From NCBI GenBank assembly GCA_018304505.1, contig JAGVWA010000003.1:1-58213 (forward strand): a stretch of 58,213 bases of DNA, read 5' to 3'. This DNA is from Nanobdellati archaeon (lineage in GTDB: Archaea > B1Sed10-29 > JAGVWA01). Below the pieces are notes generated by a model. The model saw only the letters and a program-made list of their open reading frames with translations, had not been told where the DNA came from and searched no databases. This document shows positions 1 through 9,032 of the stretch, in pieces. Within the stretch, counting starts at the first letter, position 1. Each line of letters starts with the position of its first letter. Both the position numbers and the translations under genes were made by a program.

Positions 1-1
1 C

Positions 2-103
2 GCCGCAATATACAAATACGAAGACCACGCCGGAGTACCCCCAGACGAAAAAAGAAACAACACCAAACGCGACGAAACAGAACTAGACATAATACTCGTG
101 TAA
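2..103 (+). CDS. 3' end of a hypothetical protein truncated by the window edge
   Basis: Open frame AAIYKYEDHAGVPPDEKRNNTKRDETELDIILV ending TAA at 101-103. Confidence 0.5.
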   Translation, partial: AAIYKYEDHAGVPPDEKRNNTKRDETELDIILV

Positions 104-122
104 AAAAACGCATACAAAGGCT

Positions 123-446
123 TTAGACGCCCCAAAAGTAGTCCTTCAAGTCTAGCTCAGAAAACATCAATCTATGGTTGCCCCAGAGCTCCCTGAGCTG
201 CTCTGTGGCCTGCTCGGCCTTCCACCTAGCGTTTTCATATCCCTCTGTGTCAGACTGAAATGAACCAAGGCCATACCTTTGCCTGACGCCAATGTCCAAA
301 AGCGCATCACTACCCAATGAAACTTCTTCAACAAGCCTTCCTTCAAGCGACCTCGCGAGTTCACGGCCCTTGCCAAAATCGCGCTCTGCACGGGCTGTGT
401 TGATTTCACCCATCTTCCGCTCAAAAACTTCTTGATCAAGCCACAT
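123..446 (-). CDS. Small orphan protein, MW-start group (MWLDQEVF..., 107 aa)
   Basis: ATG-TGG at 446, 5 nt after the stop of the upstream ORF; the track start at 455 is a GTG three codons earlier. Confidence 0.65.
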   Translation of the reverse strand: MWLDQEVFERKMGEINTARAERDFGKGRELARSLEGRLVEEVSLGSDALLDIGVRQRYGLGSFQSDTEGYENARWKAEQATEQLRELWGNHRLMFSELDLKDYFWGV

Positions 447-451
447 TTTTT

Positions 452-781
452 TCACTCGCCTGAAATCGCTTCTAAGAAAGCTCGGTCATTAACAGACACC
501 GGGTCGTCATTGCCAAGTGCCGCGATTCTTTTTTCAAGCTTTCCCATTAACTCATCTTTAAGTCCTTCTGCATCTCGGTTTTTTTCGCCGTCGGTAACGT
601 GCGTCCACTTCCCGTCCGCGTCATACGTCAGCAGCGACCCACCGTCAAGGGCGAAAATTTTGATGGCGCTTCTAAAGTCCCGCTTGATTTCAAGTGTGGC
701 TGTGTTTACGCACGCCAGGGACACGTCTTTCAGTTCCCTCAATTTCGGCGATCCTGACTCTACTGTTTCTCTGTCCCACAT
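452..781 (-). CDS. Small orphan protein, MW-start group (MWDRETVE..., 109 aa)
   Basis: ATG-TGG start; charged soluble composition; tandem with 123..446. Confidence 0.7.
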   Translation of the reverse strand: MWDRETVESGSPKLRELKDVSLACVNTATLEIKRDFRSAIKIFALDGGSLLTYDADGKWTHVTDGEKNRDAEGLKDELMGKLEKRIAALGNDDPVSVNDRAFLEAISGE

Positions 782-868
782 ACTAACTTCACATTATGGT
801 TTTTCAATTCAGGGAAATAAAAACATTTGCATATATCTTTAAATACATCTCGTTGCATAAATGAACAT

Positions 869-1129
869 ATGTGGAACATAACGACCGCATATCGGGGAGA
901 TAACGACTTCGACACCATTATACAACGACTAGGCGGCTTAACGCGGCTGGAAGAAACAGTGATTCCAGCTATCTGTGACCCTATTCCAGAACGCTTCGCA
1001 CTAGTAAACGGCCAGAGGCGAGAGGTCGCAGACCTGGCAATCAACCAGCGCAGGGGCCAAATCCAAGAAATCGTTCTCTATACTGGCGAGGATTTCGAAA
1101 CCGGTCTGTTGAATACGGGGCAAGCATAA
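869..1129 (+). CDS. Small orphan protein, MW-start group (MWNITTAY..., 86 aa)
   Basis: First in-frame ATG is ATG-TGG at 869, about 25-30 nt after a TTTAAATA box at 838-845. Confidence 0.6.
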   Translation: MWNITTAYRGDNDFDTIIQRLGGLTRLEETVIPAICDPIPERFALVNGQRREVADLAINQRRGQIQEIVLYTGEDFETGLLNTGQA

Positions 1130-1174
1130 GCGCTACAAACAAAGATACTTATTCTCCAAGATCCTTGATAGTGC

Positions 1175-1363
1175 ATGGAAGTGGAATTCGACCCAAACTT
1201 AAAGTGCTACATGGACACCTTTGGGGGGAAAATCAATCACCTGAACCCTGAATTCATTGCAGAGCTAAAAAAACTCGACGCACAGGCTGAAGCAGGCATA
1301 AAAAGCGGCAAGCTCAAGCCCATGGCGCGCGCGGAACGCAGAAAGGCCTTCGGGTTGGAGTGA
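1175..1363 (+). CDS. Small protein resembling an antitoxin C-terminal region (orphan antitoxin-like)
   Basis: LNPEFIAELKKL resembles VRPEYLKKLAEI of the RHH antitoxin at 25629..25877. Confidence 0.5.
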   Translation: MEVEFDPNLKCYMDTFGGKINHLNPEFIAELKKLDAQAEAGIKSGKLKPMARAERRKAFGLE

Positions 1364-1381
1364 CTCGAAAAAGGGCCGCGC

Positions 1382-1416
1382 GTAGTGTAAGACGCTGCAG
1401 TGTGTAGTGTAAGACG
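1382..1416 (+). repeat. Direct repeat GTAGTGTAAGACG x2 (1382-1394, 1404-1416)
   Basis: Two exact 13-nt copies 9 nt apart, just upstream of the cdc6 TATA-like box; same motif at 25613 and 26290. Confidence 0.9.
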
Positions 1417-1460
1417 GCCCAAAAGCTTTATATTCTCGGAAAGCTTATGCTTCCATGATT

Positions 1461-2483
1461 ACAATGACGCAAAACTTGTTCTATCAGAAGGAAAAAATCG
1501 TTATCAAGAACGAGATGCCCCTGCTAGAGGCCTTCGTGCCCGAGGAAATCCAGCACCGGGACGGGCAAAAACAGTTTGTGGCCCAAGCGCTGCAGCCAGC
1601 GATACAGAACATGAAGACCAGGAACGTGTTTATACACGGGCCAACAGGCACTGGCAAGACCCTGCTGACGCAGTGGATCATGAATGAGCTGAAACAGCAC
1701 TGCGATGTAAAGACAGCATATGTCAATTGTTGGAAAAAGAACACGCCACACGCCGTGCTGCAAGATGTGTTTTCACAGATCAACATATTTACCAATTACA
1801 GGCACTCGATTTCAGAACTGATGGACAAGCTAGACAAGTTCCAGCAGGACAACCGCTTGATTCTGTGCCTTGACGAAGTAGACGCCATGACTGACGATTC
1901 CCTGCTGTACGACCTCGCGCGCTCGAAAACTGGGCTGATAATGATTTCCAACGACCAGTACGCACTCATGAATCTGGACTCGCGAATCAAGAGCTCGCTG
2001 GCCAGCGAGACTATCGAGTTTCCGGCATACAGGGCCTCAGAGATCGCGGACATACTAAAGCAGCGCATCGACTATGCCTTAATGCGGGGCGCGATAAAGC
2101 AAAAGGAAATCGACACGATTGCGCGAATCAGCAGCGGCGACGTCAGAATCGCTATAGAAACCCTAAGAAAGGCCGCGCTGTTCGCAGAACAACAGGATGT
2201 GGTACAGATCACGCAGGAGCACATCGAAAAGAGCTTCGGCACAACAAGGTACTACCGTAAAACCGAGGCCTTGAAGAGGCTGAATCCTCATGAGAAATCG
2301 CTTTACCTGATTTTGGAAAAGCACGGCGAGCTGAAGACGCAGGAGCTGTACGAACGGTACTTGGAAGACGTCGATAAACCCACAACTGACAGGTCATACC
2401 GGAATTACATGAACAACATGACAAAGTTAAACCTGGTTGAGGCAGAGGGCGAATTAACTGGGCGAAGGTACAGAATCATTTAA
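1461..2483 (+). CDS. cdc6: Cdc6/Orc1 replication initiator paralog (AAA+ plus winged helix)
   Basis: FVPEEIQHRD N-terminus, Walker A GPTGTGKT, YVNC, Walker B LDEVD, FPAY, GDVRIAIETLRKA; start may be 1455 or 1461. Confidence 0.92.
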   Translation, partial: TMTQNLFYQKEKIVIKNEMPLLEAFVPEEIQHRDGQKQFVAQALQPAIQNMKTRNVFIHGPTGTGKTLLTQWIMNELKQHCDVKTAYVNCWKKNTPHAVLQDVFSQINIFTNYRHSISELMDKLDKFQQDNRLILCLDEVDAMTDDSLLYDLARSKTGLIMISNDQYALMNLDSRIKSSLASETIEFPAYRASEIADILKQRIDYALMRGAIKQKEIDTIARISSGDVRIAIETLRKAALFAEQQDVVQITQEHIEKSFGTTRYYRKTEALKRLNPHEKSLYLILEKHGELKTQELYERYLEDVDKPTTDRSYRNYMNNMTKLNLVEAEGELTGRRYRII

Positions 2484-2509
2484 TACCCCAAAGTACACAA
2501 TGAAGATGC

Positions 2510-3706
2510 ATGGGTGCGCCGCGACTTATTGGGTCACTGTTTTTCACCTTACTCATAGTACTGACGCTGCCAACGCTTATTCTTATCGGGAGTGCAAAGC
2601 AAACCCTGCTAACGCCAGACATTTATGTGCAGACGATAGACCAGATAGAAATAACAACAATTCTCGAACAGGCAGTTGGCGCTTTTGAAGATGGGGAACC
2701 AGGGGCAGAAAAAGCGGGTCAACAACTCATAGATGCGATAAGCAACGAGCTAAAGAGCAATCCAGAAATTGAAACCGACCTGAAGGGCCAACTCAAAAAC
2801 ATCACCATTAACTTATTCTCATATGTTAACGGCGAAACGCAAGAGTTGAATACCAACATCTCACTAGTTGAAATAAAACCAGCTCTCTTGGACACCCTCA
2901 CAAATGTGATGATAGAATCAGTGCCTGATTGCGAACCAGGACAGGAACAGCAACAGGTGGAGGGTGAATCTGGTCCGTCGTGCATGACCCCTGAAGCAAA
3001 GGTGCTGTTGCCAAAAATACTGGCTGGCGAGGAAATCTCAAACGAGGACGTTGTAAGTGCCATTCCTGCGTGCGGTTTGTTCGAGCTACCTCAGCTCGAG
3101 GGGCCGTTGCCAAGCTGCGTGACCGAACAAAGCCGACAGAAGCTGCTGCAGCAACTAAATGAACAGGGCTTCGACATCCGGGAAATGATCAGTGGAACCG
3201 ATGGAATCGGCAGGCCAGGCGAAACTGCTGATCTCGGTAGCGGTTTCGGCCAGGGACTTCCGGATTCTGTTGAATTGATTCCCAATGGGCCCCAAATTCA
3301 GCAAGTAAGGGAAGTCGTTGCAATGATCAACACAGCCATAGTTGGCTCACTCATTACGATATTAGTATTGCTAGCATTACTCTTTTTCATCAACCGCAAG
3401 TCGAAGAAACTCAAGTTGCGCTGGGTAGGTTTACCCTTGCTGATTTCGTCATTGCTGCTCGGCGGTTTGTTGTTCAGCGCATCAATGCTCACCCCCCAGC
3501 TCTTCAGCCAACTCGAGAAACAGCTAAGCGGCGCGCCTGCCTTCGCAACCACCATGCTTACAGGAATTCTAAACTCGCTTATAACCCGGATCTTCATAAA
3601 CCTGGAAATTGCCGCCGGCGTGTTGTTCGTAATTGGGCTCGCGCTGGTTGCTTACTCATTCCTTGCTGCCAAAAAGGTGGGAAAGGAGGGGAACCGCGAC
3701 AAGTAA
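2510..3706 (+). CDS. Membrane protein: N-terminal TM, large Cys-containing extracellular loop, three C-terminal TMs
   Basis: Hydrophobic segments at both ends of a 398-aa ORF. Confidence 0.75.
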   Translation: MGAPRLIGSLFFTLLIVLTLPTLILIGSAKQTLLTPDIYVQTIDQIEITTILEQAVGAFEDGEPGAEKAGQQLIDAISNELKSNPEIETDLKGQLKNITINLFSYVNGETQELNTNISLVEIKPALLDTLTNVMIESVPDCEPGQEQQQVEGESGPSCMTPEAKVLLPKILAGEEISNEDVVSAIPACGLFELPQLEGPLPSCVTEQSRQKLLQQLNEQGFDIREMISGTDGIGRPGETADLGSGFGQGLPDSVELIPNGPQIQQVREVVAMINTAIVGSLITILVLLALLFFINRKSKKLKLRWVGLPLLISSLLLGGLLFSASMLTPQLFSQLEKQLSGAPAFATTMLTGILNSLITRIFINLEIAAGVLFVIGLALVAYSFLAAKKVGKEGNRDK

Positions 3707-3904
3707 TTCCCATTGGCTGGGTGAGCCTGTTCCCCCTTATCCCTTTTTTACGAGATCGGGTTTTTCGTAGCCATTTGGTCTTCTCCTTCACTTAGGTTAC
3801 AATTAGTTTATACCACTGGTATATATATAACTTAGGTGTATTTAGATATCATAATATGATAGACAAAGGCATTTGGCTTAAATATTCTGACAATTGGTGC
3901 TCAA

Positions 3905-4498
3905 ATGGCGCAGAGGAAAAAAGTCGAAAAAAAACGGATTGACGACGATGTACGCCTTGACGTACTAGCGTGCCTGTTCGAAAAGGGCTGCCTTGTACCG
4001 AATTTGGAGAAAATACAGAAACTTACCGGGTACCATAAAAGCACGATCAAGGCCAGCATCAACTTCCTGGCTGAAAAGGAGGTCCTAACTAGCTTCCAGC
4101 CCATGATCAACCACAAAAAATACGGTTTAAACGTAATTGCCTATACCTTAATGAAGACCGACATGAGCCAAAAGGACACCATAAAAAAGATCGAGGAAAA
4201 CGTTGACAGGGACAAAAATTTAATTTTCCTGAGTTCCGTAATCGGTGGTGGCAACTGGAACATGATCTCAACGCATTTATACCCTAGTGTGGAGGAATTC
4301 AGCCTGGGCCTGCAAAACAGGTACTATGCAAAGATCCCAGAACTTAGCAATTTCATCCAAGACAGAATGATATTCTACAAGACGGCGCCGATTTTGCACA
4401 GCAAAACCTACTCAAAGGCCGCCATCGAGATACTGAAAAAACAGCGCGCTCCGGGGAAGTTAAATAAACGGGGCAAAGTCATGGCCCCACTGCTTTAG
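3905..4498 (+). CDS. Lrp/AsnC-family transcriptional regulator
   Basis: N-terminal HTH (IQKLTGYHKSTIKASINFLAEKEVL), linker INHKKYGL, RAM-like domain with GGGNWNM. Confidence 0.7.
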   Translation: MAQRKKVEKKRIDDDVRLDVLACLFEKGCLVPNLEKIQKLTGYHKSTIKASINFLAEKEVLTSFQPMINHKKYGLNVIAYTLMKTDMSQKDTIKKIEENVDRDKNLIFLSSVIGGGNWNMISTHLYPSVEEFSLGLQNRYYAKIPELSNFIQDRMIFYKTAPILHSKTYSKAAIEILKKQRAPGKLNKRGKVMAPLL

Positions 4499-5416
4499 CA
4501 TTTCACTGTACACGAGTACAGACCGCGTTTTCTTTATGGCGTCGCATGTGTAAACATTGCGCATGAAATCATATGCCCCTGCAACGTCCTTGTGCCGAAG
4601 GATACCGAGCAAATCGTGGCCAGCGGAGATTGTTGTCACTAAATGAATGTCCGGAAACCCACTGAGGTATTCAGCCGCCTCTGCAGTCCTGCCGGTCTCG
4701 GCATCAATGAGCAAAACAAGGGATATGCCCGCATTCAACTGCGGCAGATAGACGGGGTTCACGTCAATGCCTTTCTTCATTATTACCCGCTCATCAAGCA
4801 GGCGGTTCCACCTTTGGGCCACGGTGTTCCGGTGCGCGCCTAGCATTTCAGAAATCTCCTTGAAATTCAGCAACGGCTTTTCGAACCGGGCCCTGATGAG
4901 GTCCTTATCGAGCTTGCTCAGCCTGGTTTTCGTGAAATACTTCTCATCATCCAACCGCGTGCGGTGCATCTTGTACCTGTCAAGCACTATGGACAAAGAC
5001 CTGTGGTCGATCTCCTTCTTGTACGTGGTTTCCATCCACAACAGGAAAGCCGACAGGGCCCTGTCATCCTCATAAAAGATCTTCACAAGCAAGTCATTGC
5101 CCCCGGCTATCGCTTTTATCGAAAAGACATTCCTATGTTCCAGCAGGCCTTTTTTCAGCACGCCGAAGTGCGCGTTCCGGTTCAACTTGATGAAGAGCCA
5201 CGCCATGCCAGGCAAGCCGAACTTCAAAGGATTGAGCCTATAATAAGTGCCAGTAATGACGTGCTTGTCCCACAAGTTCCTGAGCTTGTAATTGATCGTG
5301 GTCTGGTTCAACTTCAGCTTCTCGGCAATGTGGCTCTCAGACAAATGCGCGCCCTCTATCAACAATAAGTTAAGTATTCGACGATCAACGTCAGACAATG
5401 CATAATTTTCAGGCAT
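4460..5416 (-). CDS. Tandem double-domain Lrp/AsnC regulator
   Basis: Two repeats of LSxxDxxI/L, HTH and GxxDLL RAM domain; probable ATG at 5416 (MPENYALSDVDRRIL). Confidence 0.85.
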   Translation of the reverse strand: MPENYALSDVDRRILNLLLIEGAHLSESHIAEKLKLNQTTINYKLRNLWDKHVITGTYYRLNPLKFGLPGMAWLFIKLNRNAHFGVLKKGLLEHRNVFSIKAIAGGNDLLVKIFYEDDRALSAFLLWMETTYKKEIDHRSLSIVLDRYKMHRTRLDDEKYFTKTRLSKLDKDLIRARFEKPLLNFKEISEMLGAHRNTVAQRWNRLLDERVIMKKGIDVNPVYLPQLNAGISLVLLIDAETGRTAEAAEYLSGFPDIHLVTTISAGHDLLGILRHKDVAGAYDFMRNVYTCDAIKKTRSVLVYSEMLKQWGHDFAPFI

Positions 5417-5572
5417 GCATACATTATGTTCTAACAAATATTTATCGATTCCCGCGCAGATGTCCAAATCCCATGAATTTGGGCACAATTTTTCATGATT
5501 TTTTAGTGCATTTTCTAGCGAGATCTTAATAATCCGCGATGCGGAATACTATATATGAGAAGGTGATGCACA

Positions 5573-5800
5573 GTGTCGGTATCAGCGTCAGTATTCATGA
5601 GAAGGTTGCCGTGGGGCACAGGGGTCATTGAGTCAGTCGCCAGCCTGTACCTGATGCTGCGCAGCGGCCTGCAGGTCATGGACATAGTTGTACTGGCAAT
5701 CCTGTCAGCCATCCTCCTCTCTGCAGGACTGAGAATACAACGCGTCAGGAAGAGATGCTCATCAATCAAGAACAAATTCAAAAAAAATCCCCACACATAA
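5573..5800 (+). CDS. Possible small membrane protein
   Basis: One hydrophobic segment followed by a basic tail; start uncertain. Confidence 0.35.
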   Translation: MSVSASVFMRRLPWGTGVIESVASLYLMLRSGLQVMDIVVLAILSAILLSAGLRIQRVRKRCSSIKNKFKKNPHT

Positions 5801-6082
5801 CATACGGGTGAGTCAGTCCACACATATCCAAGAGGGAGGGGCCAACAAAACCGCATGTGGGAAAGGCACTAATGCATTAAACGCAAGCCCCCTCCCCCAA
5901 CAAAAAAAACACACAAGGCATTCGCGGCCGGGCCACTTAGACCCGGAAAGAGAACCGCTAGAGGACAGGGAGTTCACAGAACGCCACCTTGGCGACTAAG
6001 AAAAAAACTAATCAAACAAACTCAAATTAACCCGGCCGGGTTCTGTACATTTTATATAAAACAACGTCTACAAAAAGCAAAC

Positions 6083-7456
6083 ATGAAAATAATGGAATCC
6101 GAAACAACAGAATTGAAAAAATCAACATCCGAACTAAAAGAAGCAATAATTTCCATCACATCCATACTAAACAAACACCCCTCAGGAGAAATCTATTTTG
6201 GCATTAAAAATGACGGTGGGGTAATTGGACAGCAATTTAGTGGAAAAACAATACGAAACATAAGCAAGTCTATTTCTGACCACATAGAACCCAAAATATT
6301 CCCAGAAATCCAAGAGATATGTACAAACAACAAGAAATGTATCCGCATCAGATTTTCGGGAACTGACTCCCCATACTATGCTTACGGCAGGCCTTATATC
6401 CGTGTTGGAGACGAAGACAGACAACTTAGTGCAAAGGAACTTGAGAACATTATCCTAGAGAAAAACATGCACAGAATGCAATGGGACAATGAACCCCATA
6501 AAAACGCAACAGTGAAAGATATAAGTACAATAAAACTAAAAAAATTCCTTAAAAAGGCAGGTTTAAAATACACTTCAACATATACCTCCCTTGAAAAACT
6601 AGGTCTCCTAAAAGGCAAGAAATTACGAAACGCGTCCCTTGCTCTATTTGCCAAAAAACCAGAAAGATTCTTTTCAAACACAAGCTTGCAGTGTGCTGTT
6701 TTTGCTACCGAAACAACCTCCGTAATTATTGACCGGCAAGAATTCACAGGCGATCTCTTTCAACTCATAGATAAAGCGGAGGAGTACATCTTAAAAAACA
6801 CTCATATTGGAATGAAAATCAGTGGCCTTCGCAGAATAGATATACCTGAAATCAATCAAGAAGCCTTTAGGGAGGCAATCATCAATGCATTTTACCACAG
6901 GGATTATAGAGAGAATGGCGGCGTTAGCATCGCTGTTTTCATGGATAGATTAGAAATACGGAGTCCGGGGGGTCTTTATGGCGGACTAACAATAGAAAAG
7001 ATCAGAGAAGAGATGGTCTCGCGAAGAAGAAACGAACTCCTTGCTGATATGTTCCGTAATGTGCATTACGTGGAAAAATGGGGTCGCGGCATTAGCCTAA
7101 TGCTTTCAAAAGAACCAAAAACACGATTCAAGGAAGTTGCCAACACTTTCATCACAATTTTCCCGAGAAAGCACGCAGCGAAAACTAGGGTAAAAACTAG
7201 GATAAAAACTAGGGTAAACGCCAAAGAGAAAATAATTGCACTCATGGAGAAACACCCCTCAATAACACGAAAAGAATTAGCCCAACGTATGGGTTTAACG
7301 ATTAAAGGCATCGATTGGAACATAAAAAATCTAAAAGGAGGAGGAATCTTAAAAAGAATCGGTTCCAGAAAAATCGGTCACTGGCATGTTATAAAACGCA
7401 AAAGCAAACAATCAACAAAATCGAAAACCCCACCTAAGAAAAAAATTCCTCGTTGA
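6083..7456 (+). CDS. AlbA_2 (Schlafen) domain plus RecG-C/HATPase_c_4 plus HTH protein (putative regulator or defence)
   Basis: ESETTELKKS, GEIYFGIKNDG, REAIINAFYHRDY, EIRSPGGL, RNELLA, EKWGRGI, C-terminal HTH with GHW; AT-rich relative to neighbours. Confidence 0.85.
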   Translation: MKIMESETTELKKSTSELKEAIISITSILNKHPSGEIYFGIKNDGGVIGQQFSGKTIRNISKSISDHIEPKIFPEIQEICTNNKKCIRIRFSGTDSPYYAYGRPYIRVGDEDRQLSAKELENIILEKNMHRMQWDNEPHKNATVKDISTIKLKKFLKKAGLKYTSTYTSLEKLGLLKGKKLRNASLALFAKKPERFFSNTSLQCAVFATETTSVIIDRQEFTGDLFQLIDKAEEYILKNTHIGMKISGLRRIDIPEINQEAFREAIINAFYHRDYRENGGVSIAVFMDRLEIRSPGGLYGGLTIEKIREEMVSRRRNELLADMFRNVHYVEKWGRGISLMLSKEPKTRFKEVANTFITIFPRKHAAKTRVKTRIKTRVNAKEKIIALMEKHPSITRKELAQRMGLTIKGIDWNIKNLKGGGILKRIGSRKIGHWHVIKRKSKQSTKSKTPPKKKIPR

Positions 7457-8183
7457 CTACTGTCACGTTGGGGTCGACTTCTATGCCCTCAAGGTAATCA
7501 TACCAGTAAACCACTATGCCTCTGCCGAACAAATTGACGTAGGGCTGCAGCTGCTTCTTGTAGTGCTTCCGCAACTCATCCCTATCGCCGAAACTCGCCT
7601 TGCTCTCGATCCAATTCGCGGTAATGCCATTGATCCTCTCAGGCTTCTGGAAAAGAAAATCAGGGGTTTTCTCATGCAGACCGCGCTCGATAATCTGCGC
7701 CTGTGTCAAAAACCGATAGCCTCTGCGGGTTAGCCACTGCTCAAGCCGGTGCTCTGCGTTCTCGCCGTTCTTTGTCTGAATATCGGCAGCCCACGGCGCA
7801 TACACAAAATCAGTATCCACAACTTCCTTGATCTCCTTCTTGAGGCTCGAATCCTTAATTGAATCCGGGTTCAGCAGAAGCCCCCTGACCTCCGTTTTCG
7901 TGAACCCCTCATGCAGTAAAATGAAACCCGCCATCAGCACTGGCGAGAATTTTTCCTTCTCCGCGATCTTCTTAATCGTCATGCCACGCTTCCATTCCTT
8001 ATAGAAATACTCGCTCTTTTTCTTAAGCCTGTGAAAATTCTTTAGCACAAGCTTTACCTGCTTTCTCCCCAGAATGTTGTAAAGCATGTCTTTTCGATAG
8101 CCTGCACGCTTGTGCAAATCCTCAAGATCCTTCAAAGAATTCAAGCGGTCGAGAATAAATTGGTATTCCTCTTGCTGCATCAC
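7434..8183 (-). CDS. TPD-domain (C15orf41/CDIN1-like) PD-(D/E)xK nuclease-fold protein
   Basis: KTPDFLF...WIESKASFGD...KQLQPYVNLFGRGIVVYW. Confidence 0.85.
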   Translation of the reverse strand: MMQQEEYQFILDRLNSLKDLEDLHKRAGYRKDMLYNILGRKQVKLVLKNFHRLKKKSEYFYKEWKRGMTIKKIAEKEKFSPVLMAGFILLHEGFTKTEVRGLLLNPDSIKDSSLKKEIKEVVDTDFVYAPWAADIQTKNGENAEHRLEQWLTRRGYRFLTQAQIIERGLHEKTPDFLFQKPERINGITANWIESKASFGDRDELRKHYKKQLQPYVNLFGRGIVVYWYDYLEGIEVDPNVTVVNEEFFS

Positions 8184-8235
8184 CAGAGTTTAGCAGTCAC
8201 AAGGTATAATAACATATGCGTCCCAAAATTAAAAC

Positions 8236-8838
8236 ATGAAACAAGCCGGGTTAATGTACCGGGGCGCTGAAGCAGAGCTATACAAAACTTCATACATGGG
8301 CATTGAATGCGTTTTGAAAAAGCGTGTTCCTAAAAGCTTTCGCCTAAAGGATATTGACGAAAAAATCAGGCAGCAGCGCACACGCACAGAGATAAAGAGC
8401 CTCATCAGCGCGAGAAAAATCGTGAATGCGCCACGCGTTCTGCAAGTTGATCTGAATAATGCTGCCTTCACAATTGAGTACATCGACGGGGAGAAACTAA
8501 AAGACATCATAGATGAAAAACAAATTGACGTTGAGGCTATCGAAAAAACGGCTGAGGCCATAAAGGCGATGCACGACAACAACCTGATCCACGGCGACCT
8601 GACGACTTCCAACATCATCAGGAAGGGCAATGAGATTTACTTCATTGATTTCGGCCTTTCAACCAACTCAGACAAAAATGAAGACCAGGCTGTCGATTTG
8701 CTTGTGTTGAAGAAAATGCTGAGGACGTCCCACCCCCGCCAGTTTGAAGAAATCTGGGGCCTCATCGAAAAAACATACGGCTCAAAACCAATATCAGAAA
8801 AGATAATCGAGATAGAAAAACGCGCCCGATATTTCTAA
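8236..8838 (+). CDS. bud32: KEOPS complex kinase Bud32
   Basis: RGAEA, KxRVPK, IHGDLTTSNI, FIDFGL, EDQAVDL, IEKRARY. Confidence 0.95.
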   Translation: MKQAGLMYRGAEAELYKTSYMGIECVLKKRVPKSFRLKDIDEKIRQQRTRTEIKSLISARKIVNAPRVLQVDLNNAAFTIEYIDGEKLKDIIDEKQIDVEAIEKTAEAIKAMHDNNLIHGDLTTSNIIRKGNEIYFIDFGLSTNSDKNEDQAVDLLVLKKMLRTSHPRQFEEIWGLIEKTYGSKPISEKIIEIEKRARYF

Positions 8839-8888
8839 AAACAAAACATTTATAAACCAAAGGCGGTTTCCTTTTCGTAGTGATCGTT

Positions 8889-9032
8889 ATGGTGGCAAGA
8901 AAAAAACCAACTACCAAAAGGAAAGCAACAACAGCAAAGAGAAAACCTGCAGCAAAGAAAAAAACAACAGCAAAGAGAAAACCTGCAGCAAAGAAAAAAA
9001 CAACAGCAAAGAGAAAGACTGCCAAGAAATAA
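8889..9032 (+). CDS. 47-aa Lys/Ala/Thr-rich histone H1-like basic protein (not in ORF track)
   Basis: MVARKKPTTKRKATTAKRKPAAKKKTTAKRKPAAKKKTTAKRKTAKK*; TTTATAAA box at 8849-8856; 36-nt tandem repeat from 8928. Confidence 0.8.
   Translation: MVARKKPTTKRKATTAKRKPAAKKKTTAKRKPAAKKKTTAKRKTAKK

Noticed and set aside
1382-1416. Mini-CRISPR interpretation of the repeated motif
   Set aside because: The repeats are 13 nt with a 9-nt gap, there are only two copies, and no cas genes are in the window.
3841-3867. Xer/dif site (TTTAGATATCA-TAATA-TGATAGACAAA)
   Set aside because: The spacer is 5 nt rather than 6 and the right arm is degenerate. Its position before an Lrp gene favours an operator.
5806-6000. 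RNase P or SRP RNA
   Set aside because: GAGTCAGTCC and ACAGAA only loosely resemble RNase P conserved regions and cannot form P4. No SRP helix 8 motif was seen.
7181-7219. 12-nt repeat (KTRV/KTRI) in the AlbA_2 gene
   Set aside because: Short linker repeats before the C-terminal HTH are common in this family; not novel.
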